Shown one piece after another: positions 21,868 through 32,657 of a stretch of 64,000 bases of DNA. Under the pieces are notes generated by a model that made no database searches, was not told where the DNA came from, and was given only the letters and a program-made list of their open reading frames with translations. Position numbers and translations under genes: made by a program. Position 1 is the first letter of the stretch; each line of letters starts with the position of its first letter. This DNA comes from Trueperaceae bacterium. Lineage in GTDB: Bacteria; Deinococcota; Deinococci; Deinococcales; Trueperaceae. Location of the stretch: the NCBI GenBank assembly GCA_034520945.1, contig JAXHNB010000006.1, positions 384,001-448,000 of the forward strand, read 5' to 3'.

Positions 21868-24800
21868 GTGGTCGTCCTTCACGCACATTGGCGACCCGCG
21901 CCGGCGGCGACCGGTGTCGGCCGCATGCTGCTATGGGCGGAGCGGGAGGACCGGAGCCGCGACGGCGCGAAGGAGCAGCATCCGGGCCTCGCCGAGACGG
22001 ATGCGGTGCGGCGCCTGCTCGAAGCGGCCGCCGGCGAAGCGGGCGTGCAGGGCGAGGCGTCGCTGTGGTTGCCGTCCACGCGCCGCGGGCCGTTGCCCTC
22101 CCCGCCGTTGGCGCGCCCCCGCCGTGGTCGCCCGCCGAAGGTGACGCTGCGGCGCTGGACGGTACGCGGGCAGGCCCTCGCTCCGGATGCGGCGGTGCTG
22201 GCACTGGCGGGATGGGGCGATTCGCCCGGGATGGGCCGTGCTGGCCAGACCGTCGTCCTGGGTGACGATGCACGCAGTTGGCAGGCGGCAGCTCGCCTGG
22301 CGCTGGCAGCGCTCGCGCGCCAGCGGATGGTGCCCGGCCTCGTGCACGACCCCGCCGGGGACGCCGACGCGGCGCGCTGGAGGCTCCTCGCGGCCGATGA
22401 CGAGGTCGCGCCGCGCCTTGCGGCGCTGCGCGCCTCCATGCCGGACTCGTGCAGGGCCGCCAGCGACGATCCGGAGCGGGCGCCCTCGGCCGGGGTGCTG
22501 CTGGAGGGTTTCCTTCATGCCGCCGTGGACGGCCTGACGAGGCGCTGGGCCGAAGGGCAGGCTCCGGGACCTGGCGACGGTCCCGCGCGCCGGTGGCTCG
22601 CCGCCCTGTTCGGCCCGGACGCCGAGGTGCGCGCCAGTCCCGCGCAACGCCAACGCTTGCGCGATGCGCACCGTCGCTGGCTTCGTGGCTTGTCGGTCGC
22701 GGGCGATGATCGTGCCCGTGTGACCTTCCGGTTGGAAGAGCCGAGCGGGGAGGAGGACGCGTGGGTGCTGCGCCCGCTCCTGCAGGCCCGGGACGACCCC
22801 AGCCTCCTGGTGGACGCGGCGGAGGTGTGGCGCGGCGAGCTGGGCGCACTGGCGCAGCGCTTCGCGGGGGCGCCCGAGCTGCTGCTGGCCGGGATCGGCC
22901 ACGCCGCCCGGATGTTCGAGCCCCTGCGGGAGGCGCTACGGGACGCGGCCCCTTCGGAGGTGGCGCTGAGTGCCGAGCAGGCGTTCACGTTCCTGCGCTC
23001 GGCCGCGCCGCTCCTCGAGGAGAGCGGCTTCGGCGTGCTGGTTCCGCGCTGGTGGTCGCGACAGGACGCGCGGCTGGGTGCGCGTCTGCGGGTGGCGCCC
23101 GCCCCGGCCGGCGGACCGGGCTCGGGACAAGTGGGCATGCAGCAGCTGATGCGCTACCGCTGGGACGTAGCGATCGGGGAGGCGTCGCTCACCCGGGAGG
23201 AGTTCGAGGCGCTGGTGGCGCACAAGGTGCCGTTGCTGCGTTGGCGTGGCGCGTGGGTGCGGCTGGATCCCGAGCAGGTGGAGGCGGCGGCGCGCTTCTT
23301 CGAGCGCCGCGAAGGCGAGCGCGACGTGCCACTGCTCGAGGCGATGCGGACCGGCCTGGGCGAGCGCTCGGAGATCGACGATCTGCCGGTCCGCGAGGTC
23401 GACTTCGAGGGCGATGCCGGCCGCTGGCTCGCCTCCCTCGCCGAGGGCGAGGCGCCGCAGGAGTTGCCGGAGCCGCCGGGGTTCGAAGGGCGGCTGCGGC
23501 CGTACCAGCTGCAGGGCGCCTCCTGGTTGACGTTCGCCACGCGCTTGGGCCTGGGGGTGTGCCTGGCCGACGACATGGGGCTCGGCAAGACCGTGCAGAC
23601 GCTGGCGTACCTGTTGCACGAGCGCGAGGCGGGGCACCTCGACCTGCCGGTTCTGCTGGTGTGCCCGACGTCCGTGGTGCGGAACTGGTTGGAGGAGGCG
23701 GCGCGCTTTGCGCCGTCCCTGCGCACGCTCGAACACCAGGGTGCGACGCGGTTGCAAGGCGAGGCGCTTGGTGAACGGCTGGCCGAGACCGAACTGGTGC
23801 TCACCAGTTACGCCGTGGTGCGCCGTGACGCCGAGTCGTTGCAGGCGTTCGACTGGCACGCCGTCATCCTGGACGAGGCGCAGAACGTCAAGAACCCAGG
23901 CACGGCGCAGTCGCGGGTCGTGCGCCGGCTGTCGACGCGGGCCCGCGTCGCCCTCACGGGCACGCCGATCGAGAACCGTCTGGACGAGCTGTGGTCGATC
24001 GTCGACTTCCTCGATCCCGGGTACCTCGGCGCACGCCGCGACTTTCAAAAGCGCCTCGCGCTCCCGATCGAGCGCGAGGCGGACGAAGGGGCGCTCTCCA
24101 CGCTGCGCCGGCTGGTGGCGCCGCTGGTGCTGCGACGCCTCAAGACCGACCGGAGCGTGATTCGGGATCTGCCCGACAAGATCGAGCAGCGCAGCCATCT
24201 GCGCCTGTCCGAGGAGCAGGCCAGCCTGTACGAGAGCGTCATGCGGGACGCCATGCGCGCCGTGGAGGAGAGCGAAGGGATCGAGCGCAAGGGCCTGGTG
24301 CTCTCGATGCTGACGAGCCTGAAGCAGATCTGCAACCATCCGGGGCAGTTCCTGGGGGAGACCGGGCGTGATGCGGCCCTGGGGCGTGAGGGCGAGCGGC
24401 GCAGCCCCAAGCTGTCCCGATTGACGGAGCTCCTGGACGAGATGCTGGGCGCCGGGGACGCCGCATTGGTGTTCACCCAGTACCGCCGCATGGGCGAGCT
24501 GCTGGTGCGGCACCTGTCCCACCGCCTGGGCATCGAGGCGCCGTTCCTGCATGGCGGCGTCGTCGCCTCGAAGCGTGCGGAGATGGTGCGGCGCTTCCAG
24601 AGTGAGGACGGCCCGAGCGTGTTGGTGCTCTCGCTGAAGGCGGGTGGGACCGGGCTCAACCTGACCCGCGCCTCGCACGTGTTCCACCTCGACCGCTGGT
24701 GGAACCCGGCGGTGGAGGATCAGGCTACCGACCGGGCCTTTCGCATCGGGCAGCGCCGCAACGTCCAAGTCCACACCTTCGTCACGCTCGGTACGTTGGA

Positions 24801-24939
24801 GGAACGCATCGACGAGATGATCGACGCCAAGCGCAGCCTGGCCGGCGACGTGATCGCCTCGGGCGAGCAGGCCCTCGCCGAGTTGGACACCGCCACGCTG
24901 CGCGAGATCGTGGCGCTGCGCCGGGAGGCGTTGCCGTGA
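21868..24939 (+). CDS. SNF2-family (DEAD/DEAH-like) helicase
   Basis: LRPYQ, LADDMGLGKT, LDEAQ, LTGTPIEN and DRWWNPAVEDQATDRAFRIGQ motifs. Confidence 0.95.
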   Translation: MVVLHAHWRPAPAATGVGRMLLWAEREDRSRDGAKEQHPGLAETDAVRRLLEAAAGEAGVQGEASLWLPSTRRGPLPSPPLARPRRGRPPKVTLRRWTVRGQALAPDAAVLALAGWGDSPGMGRAGQTVVLGDDARSWQAAARLALAALARQRMVPGLVHDPAGDADAARWRLLAADDEVAPRLAALRASMPDSCRAASDDPERAPSAGVLLEGFLHAAVDGLTRRWAEGQAPGPGDGPARRWLAALFGPDAEVRASPAQRQRLRDAHRRWLRGLSVAGDDRARVTFRLEEPSGEEDAWVLRPLLQARDDPSLLVDAAEVWRGELGALAQRFAGAPELLLAGIGHAARMFEPLREALRDAAPSEVALSAEQAFTFLRSAAPLLEESGFGVLVPRWWSRQDARLGARLRVAPAPAGGPGSGQVGMQQLMRYRWDVAIGEASLTREEFEALVAHKVPLLRWRGAWVRLDPEQVEAAARFFERREGERDVPLLEAMRTGLGERSEIDDLPVREVDFEGDAGRWLASLAEGEAPQELPEPPGFEGRLRPYQLQGASWLTFATRLGLGVCLADDMGLGKTVQTLAYLLHEREAGHLDLPVLLVCPTSVVRNWLEEAARFAPSLRTLEHQGATRLQGEALGERLAETELVLTSYAVVRRDAESLQAFDWHAVILDEAQNVKNPGTAQSRVVRRLSTRARVALTGTPIENRLDELWSIVDFLDPGYLGARRDFQKRLALPIEREADEGALSTLRRLVAPLVLRRLKTDRSVIRDLPDKIEQRSHLRLSEEQASLYESVMRDAMRAVEESEGIERKGLVLSMLTSLKQICNHPGQFLGETGRDAALGREGERRSPKLSRLTELLDEMLGAGDAALVFTQYRRMGELLVRHLSHRLGIEAPFLHGGVVASKRAEMVRRFQSEDGPSVLVLSLKAGGTGLNLTRASHVFHLDRWWNPAVEDQATDRAFRIGQRRNVQVHTFVTLGTLEERIDEMIDAKRSLAGDVIASGEQALAELDTATLREIVALRREALP

Positions 24940-25910
24940 GGCGGCGGTACCCCAAGCCGACGCGGCCGATCCGCACCGAGCAGGGGGTGGAGGCCCGCAG
25001 CCGGCGCGGCGCGTTCGTGGACAGCTGGTGGGCCGAGCGTTGGATCGGCTCGCTCGAAGCGTTGATGGATCCGGGCCGGCTGGGACGGGGCAAGCGCTAC
25101 GCGCGTCAGGGTCAGGTGTTGTCGCTTCACGAGGAACCGGGCGGCGTGACCTGCGAAGTGCAGGGCTCGCGCCGCACGCCCTACCGGGTGTCCATCCGCC
25201 TCCAGGCATTGGGCGACGACGCATGGGAGCGGGTGTTCGACGCGATGGCCGAACGGGCCTCGTTCGCGGCCTCGCTGTTGGCGGGAGAGATGCCGGGGGA
25301 GGTGGACGAGGCGTTCGCCGCGGCCGGGACCGCGCTGTTCCCGGCCGAGGAACACGAGCTGGGGCTCACCTGCAGCTGTCCCGACTGGGCGAGCGTGTGC
25401 AAGCACGTGGCCGCCTGCTGTTACCTGCTGGGGGAGCGCTTCGACGACGATCCGTTCCTGCTGTTCCGGTTGCGCGGCCGCGACCAGCATGCGGTGGTCG
25501 CGGCATTGCAAGCACGCCGCGGCGGAGGTGCTGGGGGCGGGCCGGCGGACGCGACTGCGCATGCGGATTCGAACGTCGGTGAGGCTTCAGGAGAAGAGGG
25601 CGCCGGACAGGAAGCGCCGCTCCGCCTCGAAGGCTTCTGGAGCGCGCCACGGGAGGTCCCCGCCATCGGCCTCGGCCGCGAGCGGGATAATCTCTCGGTG
25701 CTCCGGCGCCTGGGGCCGTTCTCCCTCCTCCGCAACGACCCGGCGTCGCGGCTCGGACCGGCCTACGAGGCGGTCGCGCGGGAGGCGATGGAGGCGTTCC
25801 TCGCTTTGCGGGATGCGGATCCGGACGATGACGCGGACGATCCGGACGACGACGAGGGCGAGGATCACGACGAGGATCGGGGCCCGCCAGAAGAGAGCGG
25901 AGGCCGGTAG
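24936..25910 (+). CDS. SWIM zinc-finger protein
   Basis: RGKRYARQG, VQGSRRTPY and CSCPDW..CKHVAA motifs; GTGA overlap with SNF2. Confidence 0.9.
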   Translation: MRRRYPKPTRPIRTEQGVEARSRRGAFVDSWWAERWIGSLEALMDPGRLGRGKRYARQGQVLSLHEEPGGVTCEVQGSRRTPYRVSIRLQALGDDAWERVFDAMAERASFAASLLAGEMPGEVDEAFAAAGTALFPAEEHELGLTCSCPDWASVCKHVAACCYLLGERFDDDPFLLFRLRGRDQHAVVAALQARRGGGAGGGPADATAHADSNVGEASGEEGAGQEAPLRLEGFWSAPREVPAIGLGRERDNLSVLRRLGPFSLLRNDPASRLGPAYEAVAREAMEAFLALRDADPDDDADDPDDDEGEDHDEDRGPPEESGGR

Positions 25911-26082
25911 GTCGGCGGGGGCACGCTCGAGGCTACGGGATGCCCCTGAGCGAACGAACCGCGTTCCATTTCGGATCTCCTTACCCATGATTGGGTTCAG
26001 GCTCTTCCGGGGAGCGCGGAACATGATCCGGAGAGGCTGAGGGTCACCAGGGCGATGAAGGCGCGCACCCGCGTCGCCGCCT

Positions 26083-26484
26083 CTAAAAACCCAAAGCCTC
26101 CCTGGCAAGGCGCTTGGTCTTGCCCTTGAGTTCCGGACACGACGAGATGGCGTGGAAGAGCGCTTCCCGTGCGTCCCTACTGAGTGTCCCGACCCGGTTT
26201 GCGGCCTGTACGTCTGCGTCTGCAAGATGGACCAGGCTACTGGATATGACGTACGCGAACGAGGGCCATCTCAAGAAACTGCTGTGCTGATGAGGCTCGA
26301 GCCGTACCTCGCACGGCAACAGGTCTGGCCTGGCCTGCACGAACCGGTCCGGATTCGATGAGATGACGAGACAACACCAGGTGTTGCTGTGGAGAAAGAG
26401 GGGCACGAAGAATTTGGGCTTGCCCGCCTGGACGAGGTACCCGTGAAGAACTGTCAGGCTCTCGTTGGTTCCCTCATCCAGCAC
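26083..26484 (-). CDS. Hypothetical protein, putative toxin (possible PemK/MazF-like fold)
   Basis: Translationally coupled to the Panacea gene; KPKFFV...FLRWPSF...VGTLS pattern. Confidence 0.6.
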   Translation of the reverse strand: MLDEGTNESLTVLHGYLVQAGKPKFFVPLFLHSNTWCCLVISSNPDRFVQARPDLLPCEVRLEPHQHSSFLRWPSFAYVISSSLVHLADADVQAANRVGTLSRDAREALFHAISSCPELKGKTKRLAREALGF

Positions 26485-27059
26485 TAGCCGGACCGAAGAT
26501 GCCCCAGATGCTCCCGGATTCGCTCGGCATCGTCAAGCTGGTCAATCATGTCGCCGAGCCTGATCGGCGCGTTCGGGCGGCGCGCTCGCGCAGCTTTCCA
26601 TGCCTCGTCATGCGTAAGGTCCGTGTTCGCCCGGAAATTGTTCGCATCGACCTTCTCTGCAGCCTCGGCCAGACACATGATGTCGGACTCGCTCAGATCG
26701 TCGAGGTCGGGCTCACCAGCCAAATCGAGATGCCGTAGGTCACGCATCGCGACGACGCTTTCGAGTTTGGAATACAGTTCCTCGTTCATGATGGGGAAGC
26801 GTTCGTCACCACGCATGGCGCACAGGCTATTGTAGATGGCGAACGGCACGGGGCCATAATCCATTGCGTTGTAGCTCTCATCCGCGATCAGGCGGCCGTA
26901 GCGTTCGAGATGCAACAGATCAGCGACGTACAGCGCCTTGAAGATGCTGTGGAGATCGTTGCTCTTCATCGACTGGACGAGGAACCCTACAGCAGCGGCA
27001 GCGGCGTTGGTGTCGAGTTCTAGCCAGTGCGCTTCGCTTGCGGCGGCACGAACGGTCAT
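26484..27059 (-). CDS. Panacea-domain (DUF4065, SocA/GepA-like) antitoxin
   Basis: FKALYVADLLHLERYGRLI..Y.AMDYGPVP and THDEAWK motifs. Confidence 0.85.
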   Translation of the reverse strand: MTVRAAASEAHWLELDTNAAAAAVGFLVQSMKSNDLHSIFKALYVADLLHLERYGRLIADESYNAMDYGPVPFAIYNSLCAMRGDERFPIMNEELYSKLESVVAMRDLRHLDLAGEPDLDDLSESDIMCLAEAAEKVDANNFRANTDLTHDEAWKAARARRPNAPIRLGDMIDQLDDAERIREHLGHLRSG

Positions 27060-27222
27060 AGACCCTCCAGAGGGACGGGATCCGGAGCGCTGAGGCAGGC
27101 AGAGTAATCTAGCCCACGCTCGTAGAATAGACCCTCTTGACGCTACTCAGTGTGAGGAGAGTCTTGGCTATAGGACGGGCCCGCTGCGCGTGAACGACCA
27201 CAACTCCCACCACCACGAGAAC

Positions 27223-27247
27223 CCCCCCGACCTACAAGGTCGGGGGG
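27223..27247 (-). terminator. GC hairpin just downstream of the att copy
   Basis: CCCCCCGACCT...AGGTCGGGGGG. Confidence 0.45.
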
Positions 27248-27260
27248 CGCGTCTGTGACG

Positions 27261-27306
27261 TGGTGGGTCGTGTAGGACTCGAACCTACAACCAGCTGATT
27301 AAGAGT
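27261..27306 (-). repeat. att-like copy of the tRNA-Lys 3' half
   Basis: 46-bp identity to 41025-41070. Confidence 0.95.
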
Positions 27307-27912
27307 GTCAGCGCGTGACGTTGCACTGGTACAAGGAGTAGTCGTTCGTGCGTGTTGGGCAGCCCTAGCCGGCCTCTTGGCGCTTCGCAAGTTGTTGTCC
27401 GTAGGGGCCTGAGCGCTGGTTCCGGAGCGGAGAAACACACCGGCGACACAACGCGGGCGCCCCATGTAGAGACCAACTTTCCTATACCCAGACCTTGTCG
27501 ACCTACTTGAATCCGCATTTGGAGCACGCGTTGAGATTTCTTGCTTTGGCGCCGATGAGTCCGTTCCTGACCGCGCGATTGCGGCGCAGGTCGCGTGGCG
27601 GAAATGGGCCGGGAGACCAACAACGTCAAGATGAGGTCTCCAAGGTGCGTACCTCGATGAACGGAGCAAGGGGTCCCCTACCATTGGTTTTCAGCCTGGG
27701 GGGTGGCGTACCCCCTCACCAAAATCACGGTCGTCACGGCTTCTTCCATCTGTCCTGGTAAGGAAACAACACGAGCCCTGAGGCAACGTCCGGATGCTTA
27801 GCCGAAGCCAACGCGCACGTCGTTGACGTAGCTGCGCGTGAGCAGGCCCAAAGAAGTCAAAAGCGAAAGTGGCCGCCGAACAGTACAAGATGGAGAGCTG
27901 TGGCACCACCTA

Positions 27913-28425
27913 TCAATAGGCGCATCCCACCTCCGACATCACGCTACTCAAGTGCGCCAAGTCGTATACAGCAGAACCCGTGGAATGACCTTCGGCCGAT
28001 GCTCGGACGGCTACCTCCGACCCTGACAAAAGGGCGCGAATCACCTCCGTGTCATCACCTGCGTCACTAGAGCGATGCCACAGGACGGCGGAGGAGCCGC
28101 TGACAAACGCATCAGAGGACCTAACCTGGCCCCCATCCACCCTGTATTCAAGGGTGCCGAAGCCACTGCTAACCATGTAGTCGCGGAACTCAAACATGAG
28201 CATCCCGAGTGTGCCATTGGTGCATTCAGCCTGAGTATATGTGCGCGTTGTACGGCTCGGCGCACCTGAGCCGATAGGAGTGCTTACAAGCAATGCAGTG
28301 CTCTCGTCCGTAAAGGGGTCAGAAGCTAACCTTGTGAACACTCCATCAATGACTTCTTCTTGCGCTTGAGTCGTGCCTAGGCTGACGAAGAGCAATGCGA
28401 GAAGGACAAGCCGAAGTTGATACAT
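27913..28425 (-). CDS. Secreted hypothetical protein
   Basis: Signal peptide ending AQAQ-like TQAQ; SDPFTD and YRVDGG motifs; lower GC than the flanks. Confidence 0.7.
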   Translation of the reverse strand: MYQLRLVLLALLFVSLGTTQAQEEVIDGVFTRLASDPFTDESTALLVSTPIGSGAPSRTTRTYTQAECTNGTLGMLMFEFRDYMVSSGFGTLEYRVDGGQVRSSDAFVSGSSAVLWHRSSDAGDDTEVIRALLSGSEVAVRASAEGHSTGSAVYDLAHLSSVMSEVGCAY

Positions 28426-28639
28426 GCGCTACCCCTTTCATATTGCCTTGAAGGTTACCATTCGAAGGTCCGTATACCAAGTAAGTGCGGTCAACAAAGG
28501 CGGTACCATGCTTGCGCCCAGCCCGTCCTAGACAATATGGCTTGACGTGGGGGCCTCTATTGCATCAATGTGGTACATGGCCTACGCGGTGATGACTGAG
28601 TCCAGAACTACTTCAATCTGTGGCGGCCAGATTCGAGCG

Positions 28640-29098
28640 TTACCGAACCACCTCGTACGAGAGCCAAAACTCACCGGCGGCCTTATCGTCCCATTCGATG
28701 GTGTACTCAACGTTGTCGGTCATCTCGTGCGTGCCGTCTTCCGGAAGGCCCAACGCCCCAGTCGACACGCTTCCGGACACGGTGAAGTGCAAGGTCGCGC
28801 GGCAACTCCGAACTTCGGGGGAAGCCTGGTAGTCGTCTTCGACTATGGTGCGAAAACGGCTTACTTCCAGGTGGTTTAGCTCCCAGATTCCAAACGCAGT
28901 AGGATTGTTGATGACGCTGTCTGTATACCAGCTTCCAACAAGGTCGAGCGCCTCACTTGCATTGCACTTTGGAAGCGTAGGACCAAAGCATCCTGACATC
29001 ACGAGGGTCAATGCCAGAATGGAAGCCAGAAACTGGTAGCGCAGGGAAGATAGGAGCGTCGAACGTAGTTTGAGTGCGCGGAGAGGCGTGGTTGCCAT
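28640..29098 (-). CDS. Putative lipoprotein, hypothetical
   Basis: LVMSGC lipobox-like motif, then LPKC...RSC; start uncertain. Confidence 0.6.
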   Translation of the reverse strand: MATTPLRALKLRSTLLSSLRYQFLASILALTLVMSGCFGPTLPKCNASEALDLVGSWYTDSVINNPTAFGIWELNHLEVSRFRTIVEDDYQASPEVRSCRATLHFTVSGSVSTGALGLPEDGTHEMTDNVEYTIEWDDKAAGEFWLSYEVVR

Positions 29099-29360
29099 GC
29101 ACCAGTTGTACAGTCCATGTACCAACGAAACTGTCACAGCTGCATTCGTAGTGGCTTCATTCCCAAGGCCATCGGTCAAGAGCGGCGGAGCACGCAGCAG
29201 CACGATATCGTCGCGGATCTTGGGCTGATGGGATTTGGCGAGCTGCGATTGGCGGTGCAGGGGGTATTCTAGGCGGTTTCGGTCACCGATTCTATGGGTG
29301 AGAGGCCACTGATTCCACGGGATTTCGACCGGCCTGTCAACGCCGGTTTGGTCGTGGACG

Positions 29361-30461
29361 GGCGGTCTCAAGTGGTCATCGCTACGGCGTCAGCATACGC
29401 TTCGGCTGGGGTCTTCCAGCCGAGGGTTTCGCGTGGCCGGGTGTTGAGGCTGTCGGCGACCGCGTCGAGCTTGGCTTGGTCGTGTACGGACAGGTCGGTG
29501 CCCTTGGGGAAGTACTGCCGTAGCAGGCCGTTGGAGTTCTCGTTCGATCCGCGCTGCCAGGGCGCATAGGGGCCGCAGAAGTAGATGGGCACACCGGTGT
29601 CGACGGTGAAGCGGACGTGCTCGGCCATCTCCTTGCCGCGGTCCCAGGTCAGCGATCGGCGCAGCGATGCGGGCAGCTCTCGGATGCGCTTGGCAAGGGC
29701 GTCTCGGACGTGCTCGGCGGTCTTGCCGTGCGGCAGGTGCAGCAGCATCAGGTAGCGCGTCTGGCGTTTGATGAGCGTGCCGATGGCGGAGCGCTTGTCG
29801 CTGCCGATGGTGAGGTCGCTCTTTCAGTGGTCGGGCACGGCGCGTTCGTCGACTTCGGCGGGTCGCTCGCTGATCAGTACCATGCCGGTCAATTGGCCTT
29901 GCACGGCTTTGCGGCCGCGCAGCCGGCGCTGTGCCCGACCGGTGCGTAGGCAGCGCGTCAGCTCCTTGCGAAGCGAGCCGCGGCCCTGTTTGAGCAGGGC
30001 CTGGTAGATGGTCTCGTGCGAGATTGCCATGGTCTTGTTTCCAGGGTAGTGCCGCGCGAGGTGATTTGCGATCTGTTGCGGAGACCACAGGTTATTCAGG
30101 CCGCGCTCCACGGCGCGGCGTAAGCGTCCATGGGCGGCGAGTTTCGGTGCGCGAGGGCAGTGGCTGTGGCGCAGGGCGCGCTCGTCGGCGCGCCAGGCGC
30201 GATAGCGCGCCCGACCACCATTGCGGGCGACCTCGCGTTGGATCGTGGATGCCGAGCGGCCCCAGCTCCCGCCCCAGCTGCCGGTAGGACTTCCCGAGGC
30301 GCAGTCCCACGCGGATCTCCTCGCGCTCCTCGAGGGACAATCGCAGGGGCGAGCGCCGGCTCTCGTCGCGTCGCGGTCGATCCATCGCAACCTCCAGTTC
30401 GCATCCCGGCCGAGCCTACGCCGAGAAGGGAAGGGTGTTGCGATGACCACTTGAAACCGCC
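29361..30461 (-). mobile_element. IS30-family element with a frameshifted transposase (29368-30385)
   Basis: 25-bp IRs GGCGGTYTCAAGTGGTCATCGCWAC; LSLEEREEI, ISHETIYQ, SLTWDRGKEM and PWQRGSNEN motifs. Confidence 0.9.
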
Positions 30462-30523
30462 ACCTCCCCCGGCGTTGTGGACCGGGCTTGGGTTGCCTTG
30501 GGTAATACGGGCGGCGTGACGGG

Positions 30524-30616
30524 TGGATATTCCGGTCGTTGTCGCCGCTTGATTCCGATTCATGTCGCCATCTGATTCTGGTTGATGTCGCCATCGGATT
30601 CCGATCGATTCCGCCA
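30524..30616. mobile_element. Isolated IS21-family-like end with ~22-bp internal repeats
   Basis: TGGATATTCCGGTC start followed by three GTCGCC..GATTC units; it lies next to the truncation point of the integrase. Confidence 0.55.
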
Positions 30617-30629
30617 GCCTCCCGGGTTG

Positions 30630-30952
30630 GGGATTCTTGGGGGCGTTCGTCGCTTCGGGAGCTGCCGCATGGGGCTTGCGGAGAGGTACCCCCGCTTTTC
30701 GAACCAGTTGGTGATCACCCGCAGGCAGCGCTCGTAGGTGGCCAACGTGTGGGGGCTGAGATGCTTGTGCTTGAGCAGCCACGCCCGGATGGTGCGGAGC
30801 GTCAGGTCGTCCAATGTGGCCACGCCCGTGTCCCGCCGGAAGTGCTCCCAGTTGCTACGGTAGAAATGGAGCATGGCGGGGCTGGCGCCTTGGTATTCCT
30901 TATCGCCTATGAAGTCCTCGAATGCGTAACGGAGGGTCTCTGTGCGTGCCAT
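30630..30952 (-). pseudogene. Tyrosine integrase N-terminal (SAM-like) fragment
   Basis: GAS..ML..Y...W..F...LSPHTLATYERCLR...WF...GYL..SP; starts ~120 bp from the att at 31071. Confidence 0.7.
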
Positions 30953-31070
30953 GCGCACCCCCTTCCGTGGCGAGCGGCTATGTACACCTGAGTGGGCAGA
31001 TTTCAGGGCCCCATACAGCGCCGCCCAGAACGGCCCCTAGAGGAAGAGAAATCGCGTCCTGGACAGAAGT

Positions 31071-31114
31071 TGGTGGGTCGTGTAGGACTCGAACCTACAA
31101 CCAGCTTATTGAGA
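31071..31114 (-). repeat. att-like copy of the tRNA-Lys 3' half
   Basis: 36 bp identical to 41025-41060, then a degenerate extension. Confidence 0.92.
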
Positions 31115-31359
31115 ACTGGCGGGTCGATAATTGAGGGCAAGGGATGACCAAGCGGGTTCAATCGGAGAGCAGTCGGGGTCTTGACGGGGATCCGGGGGAG
31201 CTAAGGCGCGTGAAGGGATGACACATGCTCACGGGCCCGCCTACAAGGTGTCAGGAAAGGTGTCGCCAATGCCGCTTGGCCCGTTGCTGCGTGCGTCTCG
31301 GTGTCGAGCTGGTCCACTGGCCCCGATTTAGCCGGCGGGCTGTGCTTTGCTTTCCCGGC

Positions 31360-31983
31360 CTAACCATTTCGATCTGCGCCACGGAACTCGCTGTGCTCGT
31401 CGGACACGCGAAGGTGTGGATCTGCAGCACGAATCAGCTCGTCGACGATAAGGAATAGCTCCTGGACTGCCTGTGCCTTGGTGTGACGTGCGTCCTCGTC
31501 TGATGGCATGAACGCATGAAGAGCTGCCCGGGTAGTCCAGTGCCGGTAGTCGCATTCGAGCCAACGCCACCAGGGCCAATGCCGATATGGCCGCGAGCGG
31601 GTTGGGCGGACCGAATCGAGTGCTTCCAGGGCGGGCTGTGGGATGGTCGGCCATTCGGCGTCAGAGTGCAGCCCAATCGACATCTGCCGGGTGTGGTCCC
31701 TTTCCGCTGCAATTGCGACCACGAGATCGATTGGCCAGTGGGTAGGGCGGATCTTGAAGGCGAAGGGGGCGGGCCATTCACTGGCCCCGCTGTCGAAGGT
31801 GTTCTGGATCCATGCATCTTGACCATAGGCTTGGTCTCGGAGCCGGTTCTCGAGAGCTTGCAGCGCTTGGTTGATGAGGCGATGCTGTGCCTTTGGCAGC
31901 GCTGCTGCGAGGTCGAAGGCGAGGAACGTGTTCGTCCTTGACGCCAAGATGTGATCCACAATGATGGTCTCGCGATCGGTCAT
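31360..31983 (-). CDS. Hypothetical protein downstream of the PD-(D/E)XK gene
   Basis: ATG 31983 with GGAGGA RBS, 2 nt after the upstream stop; Trp-rich. Confidence 0.65.
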   Translation of the reverse strand: MTDRETIIVDHILASRTNTFLAFDLAAALPKAQHRLINQALQALENRLRDQAYGQDAWIQNTFDSGASEWPAPFAFKIRPTHWPIDLVVAIAAERDHTRQMSIGLHSDAEWPTIPQPALEALDSVRPTRSRPYRHWPWWRWLECDYRHWTTRAALHAFMPSDEDARHTKAQAVQELFLIVDELIRAADPHLRVSDEHSEFRGADRNG

Positions 31984-32657
31984 GGCTAGAGTTCCTCCGC
32001 CCCCTGGGTCGAGAACGTGGCGCAAACGTAGGTGTGGAGGTCGTTGAGAAAGGTGCAAGCCTTCTCCGATTGCGACAAGGCGGCGCTGCGCAGCAGCCAT
32101 GTGGCGATGTCCATGCGGTAGGAAATCTCGAGCAAGAACCCTGCGTGCCTGAGCCGGTGTGCCTCGGCTGGGTCGAGGCTCGATGGTGGCTCACCGTTGG
32201 GTGTGAGGTAAACGAGGCACCAGTTCTGTTGATGGCGAGCTTCGAGGTAGGCGACGTAGTCCTGCAACTGCTCCGGTTGTTCTGTCGCAAAGGGCTTGTT
32301 CTCGATTGCGAGTGCCGACCGTCCGAGGTCCACAACAAGATCGAGGCTTCGCCTGTAGGCGTCGATGCGGGTCGTTGGAACCTCGTAGGCGATGCGAGCG
32401 CGTCCTTCGATCGTCAGGTGCGGACAGTTGACCGTCTGCAGAAACGACAGGAGAAGCTCGTCGCCCTGTCCGTGCGTGCCTGCAGGGTCAAGCAAGTCGC
32501 CGAGCACCTTGCTGAGCTGCAGCTCATTGGGCTGCAAGACAGCAAAGGCGTTGAGCCTTCTGGAGGTCTGCCGATCGAGGTCCGCCTGCAACTCATCGTA
32601 GAGCTTCAGCTTGCTAGCCAGCTCGTGCGTGAACGCTTGTAGGGCCCGGTCTAGGCT

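Noticed and set aside
27320..27900. Possible ncRNA or phage packaging site in the non-coding island end
   Set aside because: Only short GC hairpins; no family or repeat structure I can support.
29255..29360. Further IS ends (IS21- or IS256-like) left of the IS30
   Set aside because: The resemblance is weak and no partner end or TSD could be identified.
30524..30616. Mini CRISPR-like repeat array
   Set aside because: Units are ~22 bp, abutting, without unique spacers, and no cas genes are present; it fits an IS21-type end better.
14975..31114. Three additional tRNA genes
   Set aside because: Only the 3' halves are present, with no D-arm or 5' acceptor strand; treated as att sites.
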